Positions 28,488 through 43,000 of a stretch of DNA of 64,000 nt are shown here, piece by piece. Every line of letters begins with the position of its first letter. Positions within the stretch are counted from its first letter, which is position 1. The stretch comes from Octopus vulgaris (lineage: Eukaryota): contig OX597827.1 of NCBI GenBank assembly GCA_951406725.2, forward strand, positions 32,798,001-32,862,000, in the 5' to 3' direction. The position numbers were made by a program, and so were the translations under genes. Below the pieces are notes generated by a model. That model was not told the DNA's origin and did no database searches. It was given only the letters and a program-made list of their open reading frames with translations.

Positions 28488-31400
28488 TAAAAATAATAAT
28501 AATCCTTTCTACTATAGGCACAAGGCCTGAAATTTGAAGAGTGAGGGCTAGTCAATTATATCAACCCTAGTACATAACTGGTATCTATTTCATCAACCTT
28601 GAAAAGATGAAAAGCAAAGTCAACCTTCCATTTTTTATTATTTTCCTTGTTTTTGTTATCTTTTATTTTTCTTTTACAGAATTTTTTAATCAAATAAATT
28701 GACCCCAGTACTTATTCTAGAAGTTTCTTTTGCTGAACTGCTAAGTTACAGGTAGCCTTTTACTGTTGGGTCCTCTTCTGTTACTTTATCACCAAACACA
28801 TCTCCCATCAGCCACGACATTTATTGTAACCAAAGTAACTTCCATCATCATCATCATCATCATCATTTAACGTCCATCTTCTATGCTGGCATGGGTCAGA
28901 TGACTCTACAGGATGTGATGAGCCAGAGGGCAGCACCAAGCTCCGATTACTGCTTTGAAATGGTTTCTGCAGCTGAATGTCAATCACTTTACAGAGTGTA
29001 CTGGACGCTTTTCCATTTTTTGTAGCACCAGCATTAGTGGGCTCGCCAAGAAAAGATGTTTCAAGTGAAAGAGAGGGAAAGAAGTAAACAAAAAGAAACA
29101 ACAAAAACCATAAAAAGAAGCCTGTCTCCTACCTCTTTATCAGTCTTTGGAAGAATATGTAGGACAGGATCATGAGCTTTTGGACCAGGAATGTCTGACA
29201 GAGAATCAAGGTAGCTTTGGCAGATGACTTGACTAGCACCATAGCAGCCAGAGGAAACAAGATGGATGTTTGGAACTGTAGCAAGACTTTTACCAATTGC
29301 CCTGGAAAAGAATAAAGAAAGAAAGAAGAGAAGAGAAATTGTAGAACAAGCAGCAGAAGTAGTTGGGATTTCTCTTATCATTCATTTAGTGGTCAGGCTG
29401 TTGCACATCAAGATCTCTAGATTGTGGGTTCAATTCCCTGATAGGGCTGCGTGTTGAGCAAAACACTTCATTTTCACATGGCTCCAGTCCGCCTTTCAAC
29501 CGGGGGAAAGGGGGATGTTGGTCTACTTGCCTAGCCAACAGGGTGGCATTATTTGAAGGCTAAGACAATACAAAATGCATTGTGACCAGTGATGTGTAAC
29601 AACATCTGATAACCTGGTAGGTCATGTGATCATCTTTTTATTTGTTTCAGTTATTGGACAGTGGCCATGCTGGAGCGCCACCTTGAAGGGTTTAATTGAA
29701 CAAATTGACCTCAGAACTTATGTCCAAAGCCTGGTACTTGGTCTGACAGTGTCTTTTACTAGGTCATTAAGTTACAGGGATGTTAACAAACCAACACCAG
29801 TAGTCAAATGGTGGTAGGCAACAAACACAAAAATATACGCACAAGTATTTCATCATTATCATTTAACATTCCATCATCCATGCATGCATGAGTAAGACTG
29901 TTGACGAGAGCTGGTCAGGGAGAAACTCTACACAAGGCTATTGTGTTTGTTTTAGCAGGGATTTTACGGCTGGATGCCCTTCCTAACAACAACTATCTAT
30001 ATATATATATATATATATATATATGTAGACATTCATTTAAAGGTTAAATTAGCTTCATTAAAGGATAGTAATATCCAATGAATTACTGGTTCATTACTTA
30101 ATATTTGTTGTGAATAATAATATTCATAAAATAACAGGACTAAATATAAATCAAGGTTTATAATCATTCAAAAGAAAATTAAGAAAATTAAGAAAATAGA
30201 GATATAGCATTTAATAAAAATTTATTATCAGCAAAAATCCAACATATTCTCTTACAGCTGTTTCAATTAAGCCTAAAGTTTAAAATGGCAATTATTACAT
30301 CATTATATTAGGCAAAATCTCTTCAGAAGGGTAGAAAAGATATACTGTTAGGTTATTAGGTGTTGTCTTTTCAAATCATCTCAGCAGAGAATATGTAAGA
30401 GAATATGTTGGATTTTTGCAGACAATAAATTTTTATTAAATGCTATATCTCCATTTTCTTAATTTTCTTTTGAATGATTATATGTGTGTGTGTTTGTGTG
30501 TGTGTGTGTGTATAAAATACAAAATGGGACAAGAACGTAAAACATCTGGACAGTTAGGTGATACAAAAATGGAACAACAAAACATCCAGATAGACAATTC
30601 AAAGAAAACATCCAGATATATATTTATATATATATGAGAGGCTTCTTTCAGTTTCCATCAACCAAATGCACTCATAAAGTTGATGAAATACTTACATACA
30701 AATATTTCTGTCAAATTCAGTCAATTCAGTCTTGCCAAGAATATAAATACATCTTTCCAACATAAAAGACGTTTTCAGTTCTCGAATCTAAAAAGAAGAA
30801 TAAAAACATCCACTATAATAATACTCCTGTGTTTTACTCCATCACAACAAATGAATGAGAAAAGAAGGGGTGACAGATGAATAAGGAAGGAAGGGGTGAT
30901 GGCAAACTGGTAGCGGAAGCATTTCAGTCCTGTGTGAGTATATGTGTGTGTATGTAAAATGGAGGTATGTGAATGTGTGTGTGCATGTGCAACGGAAGTG
31001 GAATGGTGAACATTCAATGCTGAAAAGAAAAACCAAAGTGTTTCAACCCTGTGTGTGTATATGAGTGTATGTGTGTGTATGTGTGCAAGGGAAGTATGTG
31101 AATGTTTGTATGTGTGAACCAGCATTCTTTCAGTAACAAACGATGATCAATGTCACATCTCAAAAGACAACCACTAGATAACTTTGACAAGTGTATTAAT
31201 TTGATTTACCATCCATATTTATATATAAAAATACTACAATCAGCCATCATTTTTGACAGCATGGGGCCAGCTAGTTTATAAATAAAGCAAAACTAAATAA
31301 TGCGGGTTCATATCTGTTGCATTATGCCAAGACAAGGAGACATGCATGTGCACACATATATGACAGGCTGGCTCCAGTTTCCGCTGAAAAACACCCATGC

Positions 31401-32235
31401 TGGGACATCATAAAGAGCACCCGTGTCAGTACCATATGAAAAGTACCCATGCCGGTACCATGTGCATGGCACTTGTGCCAGTGCTACATGCACAGTACTC
31501 GTGCTAGCATCACGTGTAAAGTAACCAGTAGTCTGTAGAGTGGGTCAGCATTAGGAAAGGCATCCAGCTGTAGAAAGTATGCTACAACGGACAATTGGAG
31601 CCTGATGCAGCCCTCTGGCTTGCCAGCTCCTTTAGAACCGTCCAACCCATGCCAGCATTGAAAACAAACGCTAAATGACGATGATGATGATGAAATTCAC
31701 TCACAAGGCTTTTGTCAGTCCAGGGCTAAAGTAGAAAGCACAAAGTGCCATAGAGTGGGATTGAACCTGAAACCATGTGGTTGGGAAGTAACACAACAGG
31801 CTTCTGCATAGTTTCTATCTATCAAATCCACTTACAAGGCATTGGTAAGTCCAAAGCCTGTTACTCCTTTACTCTTTTTTTTTCTTCTTGTTTCAGTCAT
31901 TTGACTGCAGCCATGCTGGAGCACCACAGTAAAGGGTTTTTAAGTTGAACAAACTGACCCCAGGACTTATTCTTTGTAAGCCTAGTACTTATCCTATCTG
32001 TCTCATTTTGCTGAACTGCTAAATGATGGGGACATAAACACACCAACATTGGTTGTCAAGCGATGGTGTGAGGACAAACACAGACACAAAAACATATATA
32101 TATATAAATATATACATACATTATATATATATATATCATCATCATCATCATCATCATTTAGCGTCCGTTTTCCATGCTAGCATGGGTTGGACGGTTCAAC
32201 TGGGGTCTGGGGAGCCCGAAGGCTGCACCAGGCCA

Positions 32236-32273
<38 letters not shown>

Positions 32274-35122
32274 GGTCTGACCATTTTATCCGAGTCAGAC
32301 GCTATGATAAATCGTTAACCACTACACACGTTTTTTTTCTCTCCAGCTTTCTCTCCTTGTGTTTTCTGTGTCCCTTTCTGTAGAAGAGCGTAGGCTCGAA
32401 ACGTAAAAGACTTTCTATTTCCTGAGCGCTATACTAATACATCTGTTTGTTTTGTACACCACCTGTCTTCGTCTTTTGTTCTTTTACGTAAACTTTCCCT
32501 GTACGCCTGCCCCCGTCCAGTTCCAAGCAGTGGATCTTTTCGTGGGTGCCTGTCAGCACGCATTGGAGTGATTCAACTTCTCCAGGTGCCACCGCCACCT
32601 CAACATCTCCCCAGCCGAACTCTCGGCTCTTCGTTCCCTCCGACGGCGTGCTGACATTGTCATTAAACCAGCCGACAAGGGTGGAGCTGTGGTGGTGTGG
32701 CGCGTGGACCTCTACAGGGCCGAGGCGCTCCACCAACTCATTGACACCTCCTTCTACTCCCCTCTGTCCTCTGACCCCATGCTTAGCTACCAACAGACGG
32801 TCTCCTCTACTGTCCACGACCTCATCTCATCCTCCCGTCTCCCCCACACCGCATCCAACCTCATTGTCCGAACCCCAGGCAACCCCACCATTTATTTCCT
32901 CCCCAAAATCCACAAACCCAACAACCCTGGCCGCCCCATCATCTCCGCCTGTAACTGCCCCACCGAGCTTATCTCAAAATACCTCGACCATGTCCTTGCA
33001 CCCCTAGTGGCATCTCTTCCCTCTCACATCCACGACACCAACCATGCTCTCCGGCTTTTCAACTCTTTCTCCTTTCCTCCTGGCTCCTCCAAACTCCTCT
33101 TTACAATGGACATCCAGAGCCTCTATACAGTCATCCCTCACCACGAAGGACTGCGTGCACTTCAACACTTTCTCGACCTCCGCCCCAACCCCGAACCCGA
33201 CACCTCCACACTCATTCGTCTGGCTGAACTTGTCCTTTCTCTTAACTGCTTCTCATTCACGGGCGAGTTCTACCAACAGTTCTCGGGAGTGGCCATGGGA
33301 ACGCAAATGGGCCCCAACTGTGCGAACCTGTTTGTTGGCTATGTTGAGGCCCAAATATTCTCTAGTTTCACTGGTCCCACTCCCGAACTATACGGTCGTT
33401 ATATTGACGACTGTGTCGGTGCCACCTCACTCTCCCGCAAACATCTAGACTCCTTCCTCTCTTTCGTTAAATCCTTCCATCTTGCTCTCCACTTCTCCTG
33501 CACTATCTCCAACACCTCTGTCTCCTTTCTTGACATTTCGGTCAGCATTCATCACTCCACTCTTACCACCTCCATTCACTACAAACGCAAAGACTCACAC
33601 TCATACTTAAACTTCTCTTCCTCCCACCCCAAACACACCAAGCTTTCCATCCTCTATTCCCAATTCCTCCATCTACGCAGGCTCTGTAGTGACGACCATG
33701 ACTTTGAGAAGCAGTCTCAACTTATGGCTCGCCACTTCATCCTACGTGGATACCCCCTCACCACTATCCACACCGCCCTTGCCAGAGCACGTTCCGTAGA
33801 CCGTGCATCTGCTCTCTTCCCCTGAACCCACCCTGCAGTCTCCTGCCTCCCTTTTCCCCTCACCACCCCACCACCCTACCTCTACAACGCACCATTCTTC
33901 GAGCTTTCCGGCATCTCCAGTCCGACCCGTCCACTTCACACCTCTTCCCTAATCGACCCCTCCCCTCCTTCAAACGAGCCCATAACCTACGAGGGCGGCG
34001 GGGCATATTGACATTGTAAACTGTCTATTAGGGAGTATTTAGTACAGTGGTTCTCCAAATTTTAAAACGCTATGAACAGTCAAAAATTTATTAACTTTAG
34101 AATTTAACGTTTCAATAAGAGGGACAGTGGTTATATGTGAATATTTATCCTGCTAGAAATAGCGGAAAGAAAAGATATTTCGCATAATGAAGTTTTTCAT
34201 AGCCTCAAAATGACAGGATGGCCACAGTTGGAATACTTTTCATCATTAGTTGGTTTGGAAGCATGGATGGGGAGAATTCTAAAATAAGATTAGAACCAAA
34301 GGGAAGTAAATGAGTAAGCTAGGGGAGAGAAAAGAAAGCAACTTTACAAGAGTTATCTCGCTTAGAAAAGAGATAGCAACAACCAAAATGTTCTTTACTC
34401 ACAATACTTTTGATTTTGGCTTCGCAGACCCCTTCCTGATCAACGGAAACTCTTGTCTGAGGATTAAGAATTTTATGTATCCACTTCATCATCTGTTCTT
34501 TGAAATCCGATTGCCAAACATCCTGGAACAAAGGAAAACGTAAAATGACGTGCAGTAAACCAAGAAGGTGTCTATGCTCTCTTTTCTTCTAGTTTTTGTC
34601 TGCGCCATCTCACAAGAAGCTAAAAAGAGGAACAAGGTTTGGTCAGTCAAGGAAAACAAAGCAAAACAAAGCAAAATCAACCACATTAATCGCAAATGTC
34701 TTTCAGAAACTGAGAAAGCCATGGCAACAGCAACTTTCCTTCTAACATAACAAATAATAATATTTGGAGATATGTGAATGTGTGTGTGTATGAGAGAGGG
34801 AAGGGGAGGGGCACATGGCCTAGAGGTTGGGATGGTGCACTCACGATCTAGCGAACATTGTTTCAATTCCTAGACTGGGTGAGGTGGGGGTGCATTGTGT
34901 TCTTGAGCAAAACACTTCATCTCACATTGCTCTGTGATCATTTCGACACCTGACGCACGTTGCACCATGAACCAGAGTCAGGCAACATTGATTTGATGGC
35001 AGAGAGCGAGCTAAGGTGCACCACTTGCATTTGATCAATATAAACAAATCATTTGTGCCAGTCGTTCGGCAAAAGCTGAACGCTCATACATCATCTTCGA
35101 TGGGAGAGTCCATCATGGGTGT

Positions 35123-35164
<42 letters not shown>

Positions 35165-38100
35165 CTCCCTCCCGTCGCTGACACGCAACGAGAGGGCCAC
35201 TACTGCCTTTCTGACTCTGCTTCCACCAAGTGTAGACAGCTTCCTCTGTCTCTCTCGACGTTCTCAAAGCGTTCAAAATATCTTTTCATTCGTTCAGGCT
35301 TAACAGCCCTTAATATTTGTGTTACTGTTATTCTCCTTGTCCTGTCTTTTACTGTTTTTATCTATATTATTTTTACTGTCCTGTTTGTGTTACCATTTTT
35401 ACCCCTCCAAAACAAAAGAATCCACATTTTATTTAATTTGCTTTGCGGGAAGGACTGTTTTAATGAAGTCGGGTCTCGCCTTTACCTTCGAAACGCGGAG
35501 TAGATGAAACAGAGGCGGCTGAAGAAGGGGAATTTTCCTTGTGTTGTATGTCTTGTACTCTATTTTTTCGTTGTTTAAGAAAAATGTCCATTTCCTTGGT
35601 TTTGTTTTTATGTTTTCGTTTCTCATTGCGTTCGATGTTGTTTTGGTGTCCTGTACCCATATATGCATGTATATATATACATATAGATGTAGGTACGTAC
35701 ATATATGTATGTATATATGCATATGTTTTATTTACTATTTTGTTATTATATGATGGAACGCCATGCATCCATTTCTATATATATATATATATAAAATGAT
35801 AAACGTTGCCCTTTTCAAGCCTAGCCAGGCTCATGGGCCCGGTTTCCCGGTTTCTGTGACGTATGTGTTCCCCCAGCTGGACGGGACACCAGTCCATCGC
35901 AGCGTTACTCAAGAAACAGGAAGAGAGAGTGAGAGAAAGTTTAGGCAAAAGAGTACAACAGGGGTCGCCACCACCCTTTGCCGGAGCCTCGTGGAGGTTT
36001 TAGGTGTTTTCACTCAATAAACACACACAACGCCCGGTCTGGGAATTGAAACCGCGATCCTACAACCACGAGTCTGCTGCCCTAACCACTGGGCCATTGC
36101 GCCTCCACACACACACACACAGACATATCATCGTTTAACGTCTGTTTTCCATGCTGGCATGGGTTGGGCAGTTTACTGAGGTCTGGAGAACCAGTGGCTG
36201 CACCAATCTGATCTGGCAATGTTTCTACAGCTGGATGCCCTTCCAAATGCCAGCCACTCCAAGAGTGTCGTGGGTGCTTTTTACATGCCATCGGCACAGG
36301 GGCCGGTCAGACGGCCCTGGCATCAATCACGTTCCGAAAGTGCATTTTATGTGCCTCTGGCACAAGAGTCACTCCGGGGTTACTGGCATCGACCACGATC
36401 AGTTGGTGCTCAGCTCCTATCAAACTGTCCGACATGGAAGGCGGACGTTAAATGACAATGATGATATATAGGGTAGGCTTCCACACATTTTCCATTAATC
36501 AAATTCACAATGCATTGGTCAGCCACATGCAAAAGTCGAAACCAAGGTGCCATGCAGAGGGACTGAACCAAAAATCATGTACTTGTTTTTACCAAGGCAC
36601 TCAAACTCCTTAACTACACAGCTATACATCATCATTGTTTAACATCCGCTTTTCCATGCTTGTATGGGTTGGATGGAATTTGCTGAGGCAGATTTTCCAC
36701 AGTTGGATGCCTTTCCTGTCACCAACCTTCACCTGTTTCCATGTAAGATAATACTTCCCCACTGAACAGATGTTTCCACAGAAGATTGGAAAGGAACAAC
36801 ACTACTTGTATGACAGTGAAACTTGTTTACTACAATCATGCAGAGGCAGTAACACACATGCACACATGACAACAGGCTTCTTTCAATTTTCATCGACCAA
36901 ATCCACTCACAAGGCTTTGGTCAGCCTGGAGCTATAGTGGAAGACACTTGCCCAGAATGCCACGCAGTGGAATTGAACTGAAGCCCATGTGGTTGGGAAG
37001 CAACCTCTTACCACACAGCCATTACCTGTACCCGCAGAAGCGCATAGAAATAAAACCATGAAAGAAGAAGTGTAAATACTTACCCTGAAAGGTAACATCC
37101 CAATAAGCATACACATCCAGGAAGGCATTTCAAAATTCTCATATTTCAGGGCAAGCATCCATTTACGATTTTCACAGTAGAATGCCTGTAAAAAAAAAAA
37201 GAAAGATATCTCTTAGAGAAGGGAGTGAAACGGTTATTTAGTAAGCTACGGTACTGGATGTCAGTGAATAAAATGTTTGGGAATAGCTTAGAGCTTTCTT
37301 CAGTTTGGCATCACACGGATCTGTGCGGTGCCAAATCAAGGTCTGCCACGGCTACCCAATGACACAAAAACAAGATTATAGATTTGTTGCTGTTTAGCCC
37401 CAGGCCGTCCCTAATAAGAAAGCTTATTTATCAAAGGCAGTTCAGAAATGACTACTTCATCTTTCTGTATATTGAGAACTACATTATCCAATTTGTCCTT
37501 CATTTGAGAGAGATCTGGCTACTATTTCTAACTGATCTAGCAACCACATTCAAGCTCTCTCACTGACTTTGAATGAAGCAAATGAATAGCATTTCTAGTG
37601 GTAGTTATAACTGGATTTATCACTTAGCAGCATGTTATCAGTATTTAGGACTTAAAACCATGTGGCTCTCCTTAAAATTTTTTTGGTCTTATTTTTAATT
37701 AAATCCATCATCATCATCGTTTAATGTCCACTTTCCATGCTGGCATGAGTTGGACGGTTTGATTGAGGACTGGCAAGCCAGAAGGCTGCACCAGGCTCCA
37801 ATCTGATCTGCCAAAGTTTCTACAGCTGGATGCCCTTCCTAATGCCAACCACTCCGAGAGTGTAGTGGGTGCATTTTACGTGCCATCCAAGTCTATATAT
37901 ATATTTTTCTTATTTTTAATTAAATCCAAGTTTATATTCAGATTTTATAACAGACTCTACATCAAGGATGAATTTTAAATATGGGTATTGCCTGTGAATG
38001 AATAGATGGATTGATACAAAGGGTATTTCTATAAACTACTTCACCTAATTAAATACTCTTTCCCTAATCTTCACAAAATACATTGACCAAACATTTCTCC

Positions 38101-40022
38101 TTAGACCTGTAATCTTTTGGAATCTCTTCCTACCGTGTGCCCCACCCAAAATACACTGATCAGAACACAAAAGTGCATTAATTCTACCAGTCTGGGAGCA
38201 ACTGCAAAGGCCATGGAGAAATACTGCACTGTTCTACTCCATCTTAATCATTTAACGTCCATTTTCCATGCTGGCATCGGTTGGATGGTTTGACAGGAAT
38301 TGGCAAGACCAGAGCCACATCAGATTCCATTGCCTGTTTTGGCATGGTTTCTACAGCTAGATACCTTTACTAATTCCAACCACTTTACAGAGTGGACTGG
38401 GTGCTTTATATGTGGTGCCACCTTGGAAGGTACTTGGCGACCCTATCAATAAGTACTTTGCAAGACAAATTTACCTCCAGTTTTTAAAAATCACAAAATC
38501 TTAATGTTTGAGTGGTTATATGAGAATCTTATCTTCATTTTGATTTGGTTGACAATGCAACTTCCTGTATAGGGAAAAAATATTGCCTTTGTGTCAAAAA
38601 ACAGTTTACATATTTTAGTGGGCAGGATCAATTAAATTGACCACATTCATCATCATTGTCGTTTTCATGCCCATGCTTGCATGGGTCAGACAGAATTTGT
38701 TGTGGCAGATTTTTATAAAAAAAAAAATACACGATTTTTTCATGGCCGTTGCCAGTACCACCTGACTGGCACGTAAAAGCACCCACTACACTCTCAGAGT
38801 GGTTGGCGTTAGGAAGGGCATCCAGCTGTAGAAACTCTTCCAGATCAAGATTGGAGCCTGGTGCAGCCATCTGGTTCGCCAGTCCTCAGACAAATTGTCC
38901 AACCCATGCTAGCATGGAAAGCAGACGTTAAACGATGATGATGATGATATCCTTCTTGTTACCAACCCTTACTGATTTCCATGTAAAGTATCACTGTCAT
39001 ACAGTCTTGTGTGAAAAACTGTCTGACCATGGAGAAATATTACCTTGTTTGGAAGCAGGTGAGAGTTGGAGACTGGAACGGCATCCAGCTATAGGAAATC
39101 TGCCTCAACAGATTCTGTTGAAGCAGAGGAAAGCATATTTTCTAACTGATCTAGCAACCACATTCAAGCTCTCTCACTGACTTTGAATGAAGCAAATGAA
39201 TAGCATTTCTAGTGGTGGTTTCACATGGCAGAACTGGTTTTCATGGAAGATTGGAAATGAAAGATGTTGCTTGTAAGATGAAGATGATTGCACGATATCA
39301 AGACCACTCCACTACTGAGATCAATTTAGTCCCACAAAATCTCTGGCCCTCTGCATATGGAAGAAATTATCCTTGGCTTTTATTTTTACATGTCAAACTG
39401 CATGGCACCTTGGGAAAGTGTCTTTTACTATAAACACAAACATAAAACACCCCCTTCGGTCGTGAATAACCGTGGAATTGCACCTAGAAAGTTACTCTCC
39501 TAGGCAAAGTCCAGGCATACCATGCATACTAGCCTCTCCTCTCCACACCACTGATGTTATCCAAGGGAAAGGCAACTTATTTCTACAGCTGAATGAACTG
39601 GAGCAATGTGAAATAAAGTGTCTTGCTCAAGAACACAACACGCAGCCCGGTCCGGGATTCGAATTCACTACCTCATGATTGTCAGCCTGATGCTCTAACC
39701 ACTGAGTCATGGCACCTTCACTACAGTCTTCTGTTATAACCTTAGAATAATGAAGTCTTCTCTGGAAAATTCATCATCATCATCATCATCATTTAACATA
39801 TACTTCTCTCTGCTTCAACAGAATCTGTTGAGGCAGATTTCCTACAGCTCGATGCCCTTCCTGTCTCCAACTTTCACCTGCTTCCAAACAAGGTAATATT
39901 TCTCCATGGTCAAACATTTTCTTCACACAAGACTGTATGACAGTGATGCTTGTCTACAACCATCATGAGAAATCTAGACAAGGGTGTACCCATACACACA
40001 CATATATACATATACACGCATC

Positions 40023-40058
<36 letters not shown>

Positions 40059-43000
40059 CACACACACACATTCACAGTGGGCTGCTTTCAGTTTCCATGT
40101 ATGAACTCCACATAACAAGGCTTTGGTTGGACCAGTGTTTTAGTAAGAAAGATTTGCCCAAGGTGCTGTACAGTGGGACGGAACCCAAAATGATCTTTAA
40201 ACTTAATATCAAGGAAACAAAAACAGTTTGCTTACTTGTTGCATACACGTCCTGCTTGTAGCGTAAGAATCAGACAGGACAAATATAATGGCAGCAGCTT
40301 CATCTGCCTTTTCTTGGAACTTGCGGAGATCTTCGATCGGAGTGGAACCTACAAAGAATGAAAGAATTAAAGGAGACAAGAATTTCAGTATGAAACGGGG
40401 AAAAGAATGAAAGAAAAATTAAGCAACTTATTCAATACTTTAGCCTAACATCTACAAGATCGATTTTTTGGTAAATGGTCAGATATGTTCAGTTGGGAAT
40501 ACAAGTATATAACTGGTACTTATTTTATTGCTTCTTTGGGAGAGGAAGAATGTCAAAGACAACTACAGCAGGATCTGAACTGAATACCAAGACAAATGAA
40601 GCTAAATAATATTTAGTGCTTCTCTGGTACCAACATACTGAAGCTATCTCAGATTCTATGACAAAATTTTCTTGTTTTAAAGTGGTCTAAATTAAACACT
40701 TCCACCAAAAATTTCATGTTACTTTATGACATTATTTTAGTAACTTGTTTATTATTTTGAAAATTAACCGGAACTAAGGCAGTGTGTTTCAACACAGATA
40801 TGGTAACAAAAGGGTTAAAGTGATCTAAATTGAAACCTTCCAACAAAAGTCCAAGACAATTTGTTCCAAGCACCAGCTTAATAATGATAAAATTAGAAAA
40901 ACTGTATTTCTAAATTTCTCAGAGAGATTTATATAGTAGCAGCCTAATAAAGTGATGGTTTGTTGCTGACTTAATGTGGCAGTCCCAGGAAAGGGAAAAA
41001 TGCTACTGTTATTTAGCCCCAGGAAACATTGTTTCCAGTTGGCCACGTGGCACAAGCATTCTGTGTCCTTAAGTTTTCACAGTGCTTATCTCATTTGTTT
41101 GAAAACTTAAGGACACAGAATGCTTGTGTCACATAGCCAACTGGAAATGATGTTTCCTGGAGCTAAATAGCAGGAGCATTCTTCCCTTTCCTGGGACTGC
41201 CACATTAAGTCAACAACAAACCATCAATGACAAAATTATTTGAAAAATTAGTTGAAACAAAAGTAGTATAAAATAACGTGTCTTGAATGGCACAACAATG
41301 CAGAGTGGACCATAATAACTGTTAGAATTTAATTATTCATAGTCTGATAAAATATTTTGGAATATAAAAATTCCTTCTTCGGATATTGCTAGGAATTGAT
41401 CAAGTCACTGCTATAAAAGTAGCGTATTTCAAAACAGACATGATAACAAAAGGGTTTATAACATGATAACAAAAGGGTTTATTGAAAGCGTTTATTCCAG
41501 CAAATTAAAAGATGAAAATAATTGGAAAAGCTCACCCTGAAGAAATTTAACCATTAAATATATATTTACCGTTTTGTTGGCAGCATCTACTGGAGTCAAG
41601 TTCAGTGCTAAGCCATACTTCTAAACCTTCTTTCTCCAGCCAATTCTGCAGAGTGCGACCCTATAAAAAATAAATTTATATCCATTGAAAATTAATACAT
41701 ATCATCATCATCATCATCACCATCATTTTAACATCCACTTTTCTATGCTTGCATGGGTTGGACAAAGTTTATTGAGGCAGTTTCTCTGTCTGGATATCAT
41801 TATTATCTGTTATCAGCCCTCACCTGTTTCCAAGCAAAGTAACACTTGCCCACAATACGACATGTTTCCATGGAAGACTAGAAACGAAGGATACCTCTTG
41901 CATAACAATGATGGTCATTAACAACCATCACATGAGGTCAAGACAAGGACCCCCCCCCAACACACACACACACATACACATACACATATACATACATACA
42001 TACAAGCACAACATGCTTCTTTCAGTTTCTGTCTACCAAATACACTCACAAGCTTTGGCTGGCCTGGTGCTATACTAGAAAAACTTGCCCAAGGTTCCAC
42101 ACTGGGACTCAACTTGAAACCACATGTTTAAGAAGCAAACCTCTTAGCCATACACAGAACACACTTCTACACTCTTTCTCTCTCTTAAGACCCATTCACA
42201 AGACATTGGTTAATCTCAATTTTAATGATTACATGGATCATCATCATTTAATGTCTGTCTTCCATGATGGCATAGTCTGTATGACTGAACAGGATCCAAG
42301 TCAGATATCAACAACTGGATGCCCTTCCTAACACCAACTTCTCAAAGTATACTGGATGTCTCTTTTTTGCGATACAGGCCCCAGTGAGTTTGCCAAATAA
42401 CTCGCAAGAAAAACAAGAAGCCGCTTCAACAGAGTGGGGTTGTAGAAGGGTTGTAGATGGGGAGGTGGCTTTATTCCAGGTGTTGAGAGACTAAAGTATC
42501 ATCAATCGTTTAACATCCGCTTTCCATGCTGGCATGGGTTGGACAGTTTGACCAGGACTGGTAAGCAGGAAGGCTGCACCAGACTCGTCTGATTTGGCAT
42601 GGTTTTCTACAGCTGGATGCCCTTCCTAAAGCCAACCATTCCAAGAGTGTAATGAGTGCTTTTATGTGTCACTGGCACAGGTGCCATTTGCATGACACCA
42701 GTACCTGCCACGACTACCATTTTATTTGGCTTGATGGGTCTTCTTCTCACGCACAGCATATTGCCAAAGGTCCCGGTTATCTGTCATCACCTCCGTGAGG
42801 CCCAACGCTCGAAAGGTGCTTTTTACGTGACATCAGACAACCAAAATTATTTCTTCTTTAAGTTTGAAAGCCGAGTCAATGGAGAGGAGTAACAACTAGA
42901 TGAAATCTCCAAGCAATTTAAATGCACAAGGGCACCCAGGAGTCATGACCTTGATGCAGCTTGGAGTATAAGAAGTTAAGGGTCAAAACACCTGCCTGAA

